From a virus (lineage: Duplodnaviria > Caudoviricetes): a DNA stretch of 27,851 nt. The notes beneath the pieces are model-generated. The model saw only the letters and a list, made by a program, of their open reading frames with translations, did no database searches and had not been told where the DNA came from. The DNA lies in the IMG/VR virus record IMGVR_UViG_3300025277_000118, positions 1 through 27,851 of that record; one strand, 5' to 3'. Made by a program: the position numbers and the translations under genes. Positions 8,291-17,377 of the stretch are shown here, piece after piece. Each line of letters begins with the position of its first letter. Positions within the stretch are counted from its first letter, which is position 1.

Positions 8291-11200
8291 CTATATGTTT
8301 TGGCCTACTACAAGTCCATCGTACCATATGTTAGATCCGCCGTCACCACTAGCGGCTAGAAAACCTAAAAGATCTGCTTTGTGAGCAGTTGTAGTTAATG
8401 TGGGGGCCGTGCCACCTTCCGCCCATTTAATATGACTAAACCATGTGACCGTTCTACTTCCGGTACCATCTTGTTGTAGCCTGAGAAGGAACTTATCGCC
8501 CACAGTTGCGTTAGCAAGAGCCAAAGTTCTGTCATCACTCAGTGTAACACCATGAGTAGTTGCTTGATTTAAGTCAAACGTAATAGTGGCAGCATCAGGA
8601 TTAATACTAATAGCCCCCTTAACACCGGAGGCGCGAATAACACCACTGTGTTGAACAACATCAATAGGATATGCCGGAACATCGCTACCTACTGCCAGCT
8701 TCTGATTGTTAGGCAGTGCCATATACGAACCATACACGCCAGAAATAGCAACCGCTGCTGCCGTATTACCAGAAGCAATAACATACGTTCCCTGAGTAGC
8801 TTTCGCCCCTGCGCCGATGGCTAGGGCGCGTTCTCCAGTGGCATTAGTATTATCAGAAATGTTATTCTCACCAGCACCAAGTGCGATTGCGCCATGTCCA
8901 TCTGCCGTAACACGTTTACCTATAGCTACTGCGTAGGATCCTGTGCTCGTAGCCCCGTACCCTATTGCTATACCCGCTTGAGTTGCAACGGAAGATCCAA
9001 TTCCAAGAGCGACACTTTCACTTCCGGGGGAACTAGAGTTGTGGCCGATAGCTATGGCCCTTTCGTGACCTGCGTTTGCATTGTGACCAATAGCTATAGC
9101 ACCCCGCTCTCCGGTTTGCCCGGATGTTGCCGAAGCGCCGCCGCCTATAGCAATAGAGTCTTGCGAAGCTCCAGCTGTAGGGCCAATAACAACACATGTG
9201 GAACTATGTGTGGAGCCCCAGTTGTCCTTAGAATTTGCGCCCGCTCCAAGTATAATTTGATTCCCGCTCGTTCTAACTTCGTAGACATTCAGGACGCCTG
9301 AAGATGTCATCGAGGCGACGTTCACGCCAGCCGAATTCTGCCACTGTGTCAAATCGCTTGTTTGAGCAGCAGATGCTATTTGGATGAACTGTTGACCATT
9401 AGGCATCGTGAGGTGATCTTTAAACACGCCCGACAATAGAATGTCAGTTTGAGCAGAACCCGAACCTAATATAAAATGCCCTTCAGGCGCTTTCACTGAG
9501 TACCCCAGCGCCACGGCGTGATTGTATGCCTCAGTATAACCACCAATACCAATACCGTTTCTTCCTCTTAACTGCACAGTATGCCCTATCATTATACCGC
9601 CAACATTACTATGATCCTCGGCATTCATGCCTATCATTATAGCATCACCGTCACATAGTGCATTTTGACCTATAACGATGCTATTACCAGTACCAGAAGT
9701 AGCACGCGCGCCTATAGCAATTCCATAATTCCCAGCGCTAGTATTATAACCATAAGCAACCGCTTCTCCCCCCGCAGTGGAACCCCTACCAACGGCTGTT
9801 GACCGACTGCTAGTACTGTAGGCAGAGTTTCCTATTACAACCGACTCGTCGTTAGTAGTATAGGCACTATCTCCTATCGCTATTTGATTAGCGGTGGTGA
9901 CATATGCATTGGGTCCTATAGCAATTCCCTTACCATATGCTTTGTATCCAATAGCAATAGCACGATCAGCGGTGACATACGCACCCGAACCTATACTAAC
10001 TGGATTACTATAGTTGGCGTCACCGGTGTTGGCGATAATCGTACCGCTAACAGCCAACACATAAGGATTATCAAAGGCACTGTTGTCTTTAGCAAAGATG
10101 AAAGCGGGATCTGCACCAAAGTTATCGCCGTCCGCGTTGTATTGAACCTGATGTATCGCGCCGGAGGCGTTAGTAGTACCACCAGCAGCAGCAGCTTCCC
10201 AACCCGGATTACTGCCATCCATAGTAAGAACGTAATTATCCGTACCCTTAGCAAGTCTCGTAAACGTGGTACCGTTATGATAAAGCATGTCACCTTGAGC
10301 ATTTGATCCAAAATCAATATTAGCTGTGTTTCCAGAAGCGTAGGCCGCTACACCAGATGCCGAGTTTAACGACAACGCTTCACCAGATGCATAATTAGCA
10401 GTATTAGTGGCAGCAGTTATGTTGGTAGTATTCGTCGAAATATTAGAGGCGTTAGTAGCCGTTAAACCAGAAGCGTAAGTTAATGATAACGCCTGACCGG
10501 AAGCATAGGCCGCTACACCTGAAGCGTAATTTAACGATACAGCTTCTCCAGAAGCGTAGTTAGCAGTATTAGTAGCTGCTGTAATGTTGGTCGTGTTAGT
10601 TGAAATATTAGCTGCATTAGTGGCAGTTAAGCCAGAGGCATAAGTTAGCGACACAGCTTCGCCAGATGCATAATTAGCCGTATTGGTAGCCGCTGTGATA
10701 TTAGTTGCATTAGTAGCGGTTAAGCCAGAAGCGTAGATTAACGATACAGCTTCTCCAGAAGCATAGTTTGCAGTATTGGTGGCAGCAGTTATGTTAGTAG
10801 TGTTAGTTGAAATACTAGAGGCATTAGTCGCCGTCAATCCAGATGCATATGTCAACGACAGCGCTTGACCCGAGGCATAATTAGCGGTATTAGTAGCCGC
10901 TGTTATGTTGGTAGTATTCGTCGAAATATTAGAAGCGTTAGTAGCGGTTAAGCCAGAAGCATAAGTTAATGATAACGCTTGACCAGAAGCGTAATTAGCC
11001 GTATTTGTGGCTGCTGTAATATTGGTCGTATTAGTAGAAATATTCGATACGTTAGTTGCGATATCGGCTTCATTGGCAATTGCTTGACCAGAAGCATAAG
11101 CAGCAATTCCAGAAACATGAACTATCTCATCAACATTAGTTGTTGTGTAGATAACACCCTTCATGCTGGACGGATGCGCCGTACAATAATAATAAAGCTT

Positions 11201-14200
11201 GTCAGGAGCGTTTTGCGGTACTTCAAATCTAACTTCGCCTGCGTCACTTCCGATTTCTATATTGTTACCATCGGCATCTTGATAAGCGCTTCCACCATCG
11301 GTTGCAGAAACCCTAAATGGATGACCACTAAATGTCTTATTAAATGTATAGCTGTGACCTTTGTGCAAATACATTGTTGGATCAGACGCACTATTAAGGC
11401 CCATCCCATCAATAGTATAATCACTGCCGTCTCCAGCCGTAATGCTAAATATATTATAGGCAACACCAGAAACAATAGCAATATTGGCAGCATTAGTAGC
11501 GGTTAGGCCAGAGGCGTAAGTAAGTGACAGTGCTTCTCCAGAAGCATAGTTGGCTGTGTTAGTAGCAGCAGTTATATTAGTTGCATTAGTCGCTGTCAAT
11601 CCAGAAGCATACGTCAACGATAGCGCTTCACCTGAAGCATAGTTAGCCGTGTTGGTAGCCGCTGTGATATTAGTGGTATTAGTGGAAATATTGGAAGCGT
11701 TAGTAGCCGTTAAGCCAGAAGCGTAGGTCAACGACAAAGCCTCACCAGAAGCGTACTGAGCTATTGCGCTCGCCCCACCAGCACTAGCTAATTGAGATCC
11801 ATTAAAGTATAAAGTGCCCGCCACATTATATAATGTATCTGTAATAGTAGAGGGAGTGTTTCTTGCAAGAATAACGCCAGAATTTCCTACGCTCACCCCA
11901 CTAGATCTCACCCACGCATCGTGTCCCACCACATCTAACCTATAAGAAGGTGCCGAAGTGCCAATGCCCACTCTATCGTTTAATGCGTCTGTTCTAAAAA
12001 GATTAGCTTCATTATCACCTTTAACCTGAAAATCAACATCAGCGAGGGCATTATTAATCGTAACTTTATTCGCTTGATCGCCCCCACCACCTTCGACCAC
12101 GAAGATCATGTTTTCTCCACCAACCTCAACGTTTATCTCATCATCGTCAAGTTTGATAAAAGTGTTTACATCCCCATTATGATAAATATATTCACCCACA
12201 TACATATTACCAAAAGTGGGGGTGCCGCCAGTAACAACACCTGAAGCATAATTCGCTACACCAGAAACATATAAGTCATCATGTACATGGCCAGAAGCAT
12301 AGTGCGCAATACCCGATACAGCGACTATATCACTAGCGTTAGCGGTAATGTTTGTGGTATTAGTCGTAATATTAGAAGCATTAGTTAAAGAATTACCAGA
12401 CGCATACGCCGCAACACCTGAAGCATAGTTAAGGGATTCGGCTTGACCCGATCCATACACCGCAAGCCCAGAAACATAATTTAACTGAGCGGTTGTCACA
12501 TCGCCACCACCACCAGCTTCCCAAACCGGAAGATTACCGTCCATAGTCAAGACGTAATTATTCGTACCCTTAGGAAGTCTTGTAAATGATGTGCCATTAT
12601 GATAAAGAATATCGCCCTCGGCATTTGAGCCAAAAGCAATATTAGATGTATTACCAGAAGCATAAGCCGCAACACCAGAAACATATAGATCATCGTGCGC
12701 ATGGCCAGAAGCATAAGCAGCAATACCTGATACCGCAACTATATCACCCTCATTGTCAATTGCTTGCCCAGAAGCGTAATTCGCCGTGTTAGTCGCAGAC
12801 GTTATATTAGTTGCATTAGTCGAGATATTCGACGTATTTGTAGAAATATTGCCAGCGTTGGTATTAATAGACGTACGAAGCGCCCCAGAAGTCGTAACTA
12901 TATCAGCTGCATTTGTAGAAATATTGGTAGTATTATTTGAAATATTAGACGTATTGGTAGAAATACTAGATGCATTAGTAGCTGTTAATCCAGAAGCATA
13001 CGTTAACGACAACGCTTGACCAGAAGAATATACAGCAATTCCCGACACATAATTTAACTGAGCCGTTGTTACATCACCTTCACCGATAGTAGATCCGTCG
13101 AATTTAAGTGTTCCACCATCGTTGTATAACGTATTTGTAGTTACGGAGGGAGTATTACTCGCAAGAACAATACCAGAATTACCAACGATTATACCACTAG
13201 ACTGTACCCACGCATCATGGCCAACAACATCTAACTTATAAGCAGGACTCGATGTACCTATGCCCACCAAATCATTTGCGGCATCTGTTCTTATAAGATT
13301 GGTATCACTATCGCCCTTAACCTGAAAATCAACATCGTTAGCGCCATCATTGACTGTAACGATATCCGAACCGGCCTCATCCAGTGTGAGCATTGTTCTG
13401 CCACCAGCCACAAAGTCGAATTGGTCGCCCCGAAGTCTGATGTAAGTGTCGTTATCTCCATTATGATAAATATATTGATCCACATACATATTACCAAAGG
13501 TGGGGGTGCCACCAGTAACAACGCCTGAAGCATAATTAGCAACGGATGTCGTCGCGGTAATATTTGTCACATTCGTCGAGATATCCGATTCATTGGCAAT
13601 TGCTTGACCTGAAGAATATACAGCAATACCTGAAACATAGTTTAACTGATCAGTAGTTACATCACCACTACCAACCTCACCAGAAGCATATACCGCAATA
13701 CCTGACACATATTCTAGCTGCGCAGGAGTAACTGTACCACCACCACCAGCTAAAGGAGAACCATTCCAATATAAACCACCACCAACACTATATAAAGTAT
13801 TAGCAGTAACAACGGGAGTGTTGTCGGTAACCTGTAGCCCAGCACCACTAGCCACCAAGCCATTAGCGGAAACAATACCAGAACTACTAACGCTTGCCAA
13901 AATACTATCAGAAGCATTCACCCACTGAGTAAGATCGGCACTTTGAGCCGCCGCCGACTTAACTACAACACCCTTATCGGTGGCAGTATTAATACCTACA
14001 TGAAACGTATCAGCAAGAGTTATATCAGCATTACCAACAGCCACTCTTTTGCTATCCATGTCACCCTTGAACAAGGTACCCATAGCTGCGGGAGAAGCAT
14101 TCCCAATAAATACTAAATCATTATCAGTATTACTTTGTCCAGCAGATTTACCAATATATATACTATCATTAGCTGTAGAGCTTTTACCAGCTTCTTTACC

Positions 14201-15157
14201 AATACCAATAGACCGTGCCGCGCCAGCAGAAGAATGTCCAGCACCTCTACCAACCCATATCGAATCTACGCCACCACCATTATACCCTGCCTGATAACCA
14301 ATAATTGTAGCGTAGTCATCGCCATATGAATTACCCGCTTCCATACCTACAGCAACAGAATAGCTACCAATACCAGAAGCCGCCTGATATCCCATAGCCA
14401 CAAAACCAATTTCATAAGCATCAATACCTGCTTGATGTCCTATAGCCGTAGAATAATGGCGCATTTTGTGCCCAGCCTGATAGCCGACAGACACGGCATT
14501 ATATACTACAGCAGACGAACCCGCTGCAACTGGACCCGACTGATAACCAATATGTACATTCTGAGAACCGGTTTGATTTTTAATAGCCGCCTCAGAACCA
14601 ATAATAACACTTTGATTCGCGCTCGTGACACCACTACCAGCACCATATCCCAATAAAACATTACCGTCATTAGACGGCCCAGTACGATCACCAACTAAAA
14701 GACCCTTATTAGTAACATCAAACGACAACAAATGAGTAGAAGTAGGAGTACCACTGACATTAACATCATATAGTTCTGTAATTTTCGCGTCTTTGATAAT
14801 TGTACCATTATCAAACACCAAACCAGAAGCGCCTACAATTGCTTGATTTTCTTGATTGCGATAGACACTTTTTTCAGCAGGATAAGTTAGAAAGACGGTG
14901 CCACTACCACCTAGATCAACCTTATTACCACTATTGGAACTACCTAATATATAGTTACGCTCTAGATTACTAGAACCATAGGTACCAATACCCACTTCCC
15001 ACTTATCATTTTCTTCAATAGCATAGTAGGTAATATCGCCACTAGATAACACAGAACCAAATGTCTGAAAGCCTGTTGGGCTTCCGGTAAAAGCAATACC
15101 TCCGGTGCCTGTACTAGAAGTATTTTCTTTTACTCTATCAGCTACTTTAAGAGCCAT
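8291..15157 (-). CDS. Giant fibre/adhesin protein (~2288 aa) with YadA-like head repeats, IxxNT coiled-coil stalk repeats and a cupredoxin-like domain
   Basis: ATG 15157 follows AGGAG. N-terminal 'ALKVADRVKE...WEVGIGTY' fibre anchor; many AIAIG/IGYQAG repeats; C-terminal 'QQDGTGSRTVTW...IKWAEGGTAPTLT' domain seen in phage fibres. Confidence 0.8.
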   Translation of the reverse strand: MALKVADRVKENTSSTGTGGIAFTGSPTGFQTFGSVLSSGDITYYAIEENDKWEVGIGTYGSSNLERNYILGSSNSGNKVDLGGSGTVFLTYPAEKSVYRNQENQAIVGASGLVFDNGTIIKDAKITELYDVNVSGTPTSTHLLSFDVTNKGLLVGDRTGPSNDGNVLLGYGAGSGVTSANQSVIIGSEAAIKNQTGSQNVHIGYQSGPVAAGSSAVVYNAVSVGYQAGHKMRHYSTAIGHQAGIDAYEIGFVAMGYQAASGIGSYSVAVGMEAGNSYGDDYATIIGYQAGYNGGGVDSIWVGRGAGHSSAGAARSIGIGKEAGKSSTANDSIYIGKSAGQSNTDNDLVFIGNASPAAMGTLFKGDMDSKRVAVGNADITLADTFHVGINTATDKGVVVKSAAAQSADLTQWVNASDSILASVSSSGIVSANGLVASGAGLQVTDNTPVVTANTLYSVGGGLYWNGSPLAGGGGTVTPAQLEYVSGIAVYASGEVGSGDVTTDQLNYVSGIAVYSSGQAIANESDISTNVTNITATTSVANYASGVVTGGTPTFGNMYVDQYIYHNGDNDTYIRLRGDQFDFVAGGRTMLTLDEAGSDIVTVNDGANDVDFQVKGDSDTNLIRTDAANDLVGIGTSSPAYKLDVVGHDAWVQSSGIIVGNSGIVLASNTPSVTTNTLYNDGGTLKFDGSTIGEGDVTTAQLNYVSGIAVYSSGQALSLTYASGLTATNASSISTNTSNISNNTTNISTNAADIVTTSGALRTSINTNAGNISTNTSNISTNATNITSATNTANYASGQAIDNEGDIVAVSGIAAYASGHAHDDLYVSGVAAYASGNTSNIAFGSNAEGDILYHNGTSFTRLPKGTNNYVLTMDGNLPVWEAGGGGDVTTAQLNYVSGLAVYGSGQAESLNYASGVAAYASGNSLTNASNITTNTTNITANASDIVAVSGIAHYASGHVHDDLYVSGVANYASGVVTGGTPTFGNMYVGEYIYHNGDVNTFIKLDDDEINVEVGGENMIFVVEGGGGDQANKVTINNALADVDFQVKGDNEANLFRTDALNDRVGIGTSAPSYRLDVVGHDAWVRSSGVSVGNSGVILARNTPSTITDTLYNVAGTLYFNGSQLASAGGASAIAQYASGEALSLTYASGLTATNASNISTNTTNITAATNTANYASGEALSLTYASGLTATNATNITAATNTANYASGEALSLTYASGLTATNAANIAIVSGVAYNIFSITAGDGSDYTIDGMGLNSASDPTMYLHKGHSYTFNKTFSGHPFRVSATDGGSAYQDADGNNIEIGSDAGEVRFEVPQNAPDKLYYYCTAHPSSMKGVIYTTTNVDEIVHVSGIAAYASGQAIANEADIATNVSNISTNTTNITAATNTANYASGQALSLTYASGLTATNASNISTNTTNITAATNTANYASGQALSLTYASGLTATNASSISTNTTNITAATNTANYASGEAVSLIYASGLTATNATNITAATNTANYASGEAVSLTYASGLTATNAANISTNTTNITAATNTANYASGEAVSLNYASGVAAYASGQALSLTYASGLTATNASNISTNTTNITAATNTANYASGEALSLNSASGVAAYASGNTANIDFGSNAQGDMLYHNGTTFTRLAKGTDNYVLTMDGSNPGWEAAAAGGTTNASGAIHQVQYNADGDNFGADPAFIFAKDNSAFDNPYVLAVSGTIIANTGDANYSNPVSIGSGAYVTADRAIAIGYKAYGKGIAIGPNAYVTTANQIAIGDSAYTTNDESVVIGNSAYSTSSRSTAVGRGSTAGGEAVAYGYNTSAGNYGIAIGARATSGTGNSIVIGQNALCDGDAIMIGMNAEDHSNVGGIMIGHTVQLRGRNGIGIGGYTEAYNHAVALGYSVKAPEGHFILGSGSAQTDILLSGVFKDHLTMPNGQQFIQIASAAQTSDLTQWQNSAGVNVASMTSSGVLNVYEVRTSGNQIILGAGANSKDNWGSTHSSTCVVIGPTAGASQDSIAIGGGASATSGQTGERGAIAIGHNANAGHERAIAIGHNSSSPGSESVALGIGSSVATQAGIAIGYGATSTGSYAVAIGKRVTADGHGAIALGAGENNISDNTNATGERALAIGAGAKATQGTYVIASGNTAAAVAISGVYGSYMALPNNQKLAVGSDVPAYPIDVVQHSGVIRASGVKGAISINPDAATITFDLNQATTHGVTLSDDRTLALANATVGDKFLLRLQQDGTGSRTVTWFSHIKWAEGGTAPTLTTTAHKADLLGFLAASGDGGSNIWYDGLVVGQNI
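10330..11110 (-). repeat. Coding tandem repeats of ~31-38 aa (TANYASGQALSLTYASGLTATNASNISTNTTNITAATN)
   Basis: Visible in the translation and as recurrent ccagaagc/ccagatgc in the DNA; synonymous positions have diverged. Confidence 0.9.
11470..11760 (-). repeat. Second block of the same YASG/IxxNT repeats
   Basis: About three units, separated from the main block by the cupredoxin-like domain. Confidence 0.85.
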
Positions 15158-15212
15158 GACCACTCCTGCACATTAGGATTTATAATCATCAATCACGCAT
15201 TACAAACATCCA

Positions 15213-15500
15213 TCATGCAGCCGGACCAATATTGGGTCCACTAGGCTCTGGTACATTGTTCTTAGCTTGCTTAAATTCATGCGCTACTGTCACTTCTCCT
15301 ATAAACCTACGCACAATACGATTGGCAAATTCATTGGGCGTTTCAGGGTTATCTATCTGACGAGGATTATCAGGGCCTGCTGGTTCTTCAGGATTAAAAT
15401 TTGGATTATCCACCATCTCGGGACGACCATAAGTCGAACACAAAGCAATTATCACTCTTTCCACGTCAGCATCGGCAATATCAATACAAAATTGTGCCAT
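15213..15500 (-). CDS. Hypothetical phage protein (95 aa, Pro/Asn-rich)
   Basis: AAGGAG RBS; 'IDNPETPNEFANR' segment. Confidence 0.7.
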   Translation of the reverse strand: MAQFCIDIADADVERVIIALCSTYGRPEMVDNPNFNPEEPAGPDNPRQIDNPETPNEFANRIVRRFIGEVTVAHEFKQAKNNVPEPSGPNIGPAA

Positions 15501-15504
15501 AATA

Positions 15505-15729
15505 CTATCTCCTTAGGCTATGTTCTATCAGGGAATTAATATTTAAACTATAGTTTTGAAGCTGGTTTACATTAAGACTAAAATTCGCTAATTTATTTAT
15601 GTTGAGAGGAAAGGTTAAAAATGTTTTATTAAAATATATAATCGGCGCCCCGCCCCCAAAAGGTTCGGTTCTTGAAGCATCATCGTCAGCAAAAGGAGCT
15701 GCTGCGAACGGAGCACTACCAAAAGACAT
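15505..15729 (-). CDS. Small hypothetical virion protein (74 aa, MSFGSAPFAAAPF...)
   Basis: Start moved to ATG 15729 after a GGAGGG RBS; the longer track call runs through the terminator and promoter motif. Confidence 0.6.
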   Translation of the reverse strand: MSFGSAPFAAAPFADDDASRTEPFGGGAPIIYFNKTFLTFPLNINKLANFSLNVNQLQNYSLNINSLIEHSLRR

Positions 15730-15745
15730 AAATTCACCCTCCGCT

Positions 15746-15762
15746 AATACATACACAAAAAA
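15746..15762 (-). promoter_or_regulatory. Candidate late promoter (TTTTTTGTGTATGTATT) for fibre cassette
   Basis: Motif copy just downstream of the capsid terminator. Confidence 0.55.
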
Positions 15763-15773
15763 GCGTGTATAAT

Positions 15774-15800
15774 AAAAAAGCTGCCCCAAAAAGGAGCAGC
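15774..15800 (-). terminator. Rho-independent terminator after major capsid gene
   Basis: Minus strand GCTGCTCC-TTTTT-GGGGCAGC followed by TTTTTT. Confidence 0.85.
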
Positions 15801-15825
15801 CTTAATATTGTGAGAATAAAGGTTA

Positions 15826-16830
15826 TTAGAAGGAGCCCGCGAGAACACGTCGGTTATCGAGAACACCAAAGCCCAACTCGGCCCAACCATAATAACCCTG
15901 CCGCTGGTGACGATGAAGACCTTCATCTTCAAAGATCTCAACGTTTTTCTTGATTGGCATGACAAAGCTGTCATTGGCACCCTGATCCAAACCAATCACG
16001 AGTTCAACGTCACTAGTAGCAAGAGAGCCACCAAGATCAGTAATGAAGTAATCTTGATACTCTTGCCCATCGCCAAACTCAAAGACATCGTGCAAATTCA
16101 CACCAAAAATACGTGTGAGAGCAGGACCGTCATCAGAAGCAACGTAAATTTCTCGTCGAGAAACTTCGTCCAACTGATCAACGCCCCAGTTACGAATGTC
16201 TTCAATCGCTTCCGGCGAACAATAAAGATCGCTCAAGCGACCCGGAGCAGTAGCACTATTACCACCACCATTACGACGCATGACAGTCTTCATAAGACTA
16301 ACCAACCGCTTCGTAAATTGACCCGCAGCCGCATCAGCATCGTAAACCAAAATATTACGATCAACAGCAGCAGCCAAAAGTGTGTGCCAACCATCGTCAT
16401 TAATCTTCTTAACAAACGAAGATTCAAGCACTTGCATAGCGCGAGCCACAACGTTCCAATTAGCCTCACGGGCATACTTAAGCAAGAAATCAATCGAGCT
16501 AGTAATACCGTAAGTGTTAATCATCACGTAATCACCTTCGACGTGCCGTTCTGGAATTCTTCCATTACCGGGATTCGTATAGGCAATATGGTCCATTTCA
16601 GTACCGGGAGCCAAAAGATCCAACGGGAACTCAGGCGTGGCACCGGGCTCAAGAGGCATAGCACCATAAATAGAGGTAACAATATCACCAAAAAGAACAC
16701 CCTTACGAATGGGAGTCTCAAGAGCTTTAGCAATTTCGCGTTGGGCCGCAATAGCAACCGCTTTATCAGAACTACCCGACTGTCGAAGTAATTCGATAAA
16801 TTCGGGCGACGGACGATTTTGAGTACTCAT
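15826..16830 (-). CDS. Major capsid protein (HK97 fold likely, 334 aa)
   Basis: Size; order portal-protease-decoration-capsid; AAGGAG RBS before ATG 16830; downstream terminator; C-terminal 'GYYGWAELGFGVLD' capsid-type strand. Confidence 0.85.
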   Translation of the reverse strand: MSTQNRPSPEFIELLRQSGSSDKAVAIAAQREIAKALETPIRKGVLFGDIVTSIYGAMPLEPGATPEFPLDLLAPGTEMDHIAYTNPGNGRIPERHVEGDYVMINTYGITSSIDFLLKYAREANWNVVARAMQVLESSFVKKINDDGWHTLLAAAVDRNILVYDADAAAGQFTKRLVSLMKTVMRRNGGGNSATAPGRLSDLYCSPEAIEDIRNWGVDQLDEVSRREIYVASDDGPALTRIFGVNLHDVFEFGDGQEYQDYFITDLGGSLATSDVELVIGLDQGANDSFVMPIKKNVEIFEDEGLHRHQRQGYYGWAELGFGVLDNRRVLAGSF

Positions 16831-16860
16831 ATTCACTTCTCCTTTTATATTAAATATGTT

Positions 16861-17346
16861 TTAGAGATTGGTATTGGGAAGATCGATGAACACCTTGGCA
16901 TAACCATCTTCATCCACGTCGGACAAAAATCTCCCAACAACCAGATGGGCTGGATTGTTTTCATCCATGCCTAAATCAGACGCAGAAATATTTCCACTGT
17001 GTCCCAGATAAGCAGGATCGCCACCATTAGGATCTGTGCCCTCTAAGTTACTGGTCACAACCCATCCCTTTTGGAGAAGCGTAACCTTGCCACCCTTTTG
17101 CACTTCATCTTTATGTTGGTTAAGGTGTTGACGGGTAAGATCAATATTCACCATATCGTTCACCAAAAGACCAACAGGAATCTTACCGGATGGATTAGCA
17201 ACATAAGTAACAAGAGCTGTACCATCATCCATTGATGCGCCAGATCCAGCCGTATTAATAGTTACCACACCACCTCTCGTCGCAGCTTCATTCATAAAGA
17301 ATGAAATGTCAGTTTGTAACGTACTTCGGTCAGTTTTAAGAGCCAT
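16861..17346 (-). CDS. Capsid decoration/cement protein (161 aa)
   Basis: Start moved to ATG 17346 (MALKTDR) after AAGGAG. Lies between scaffold and capsid; 'PVGLLVND...GGKVTLLQKGWVVT...VVGRF' resembles beta-tulip decoration proteins. Confidence 0.65.
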   Translation of the reverse strand: MALKTDRSTLQTDISFFMNEAATRGGVVTINTAGSGASMDDGTALVTYVANPSGKIPVGLLVNDMVNIDLTRQHLNQHKDEVQKGGKVTLLQKGWVVTSNLEGTDPNGGDPAYLGHSGNISASDLGMDENNPAHLVVGRFLSDVDEDGYAKVFIDLPNTNL

Positions 17347-17377
17347 TATATCTCTCCTTTTATTATAAAAAACTAAA

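Noticed and set aside
10330-11760. CRISPR-like array
   Set aside because: Repeats are in-frame coding units varying at synonymous positions, with no unique spacers.
15907-16791. 294-aa plus-strand ORF antisense to the major capsid gene
   Set aside because: Codon-aligned shadow of a biased, highly expressed gene; no motif or convincing RBS. Revisit only if the plus-strand motif at 15765 proves active.
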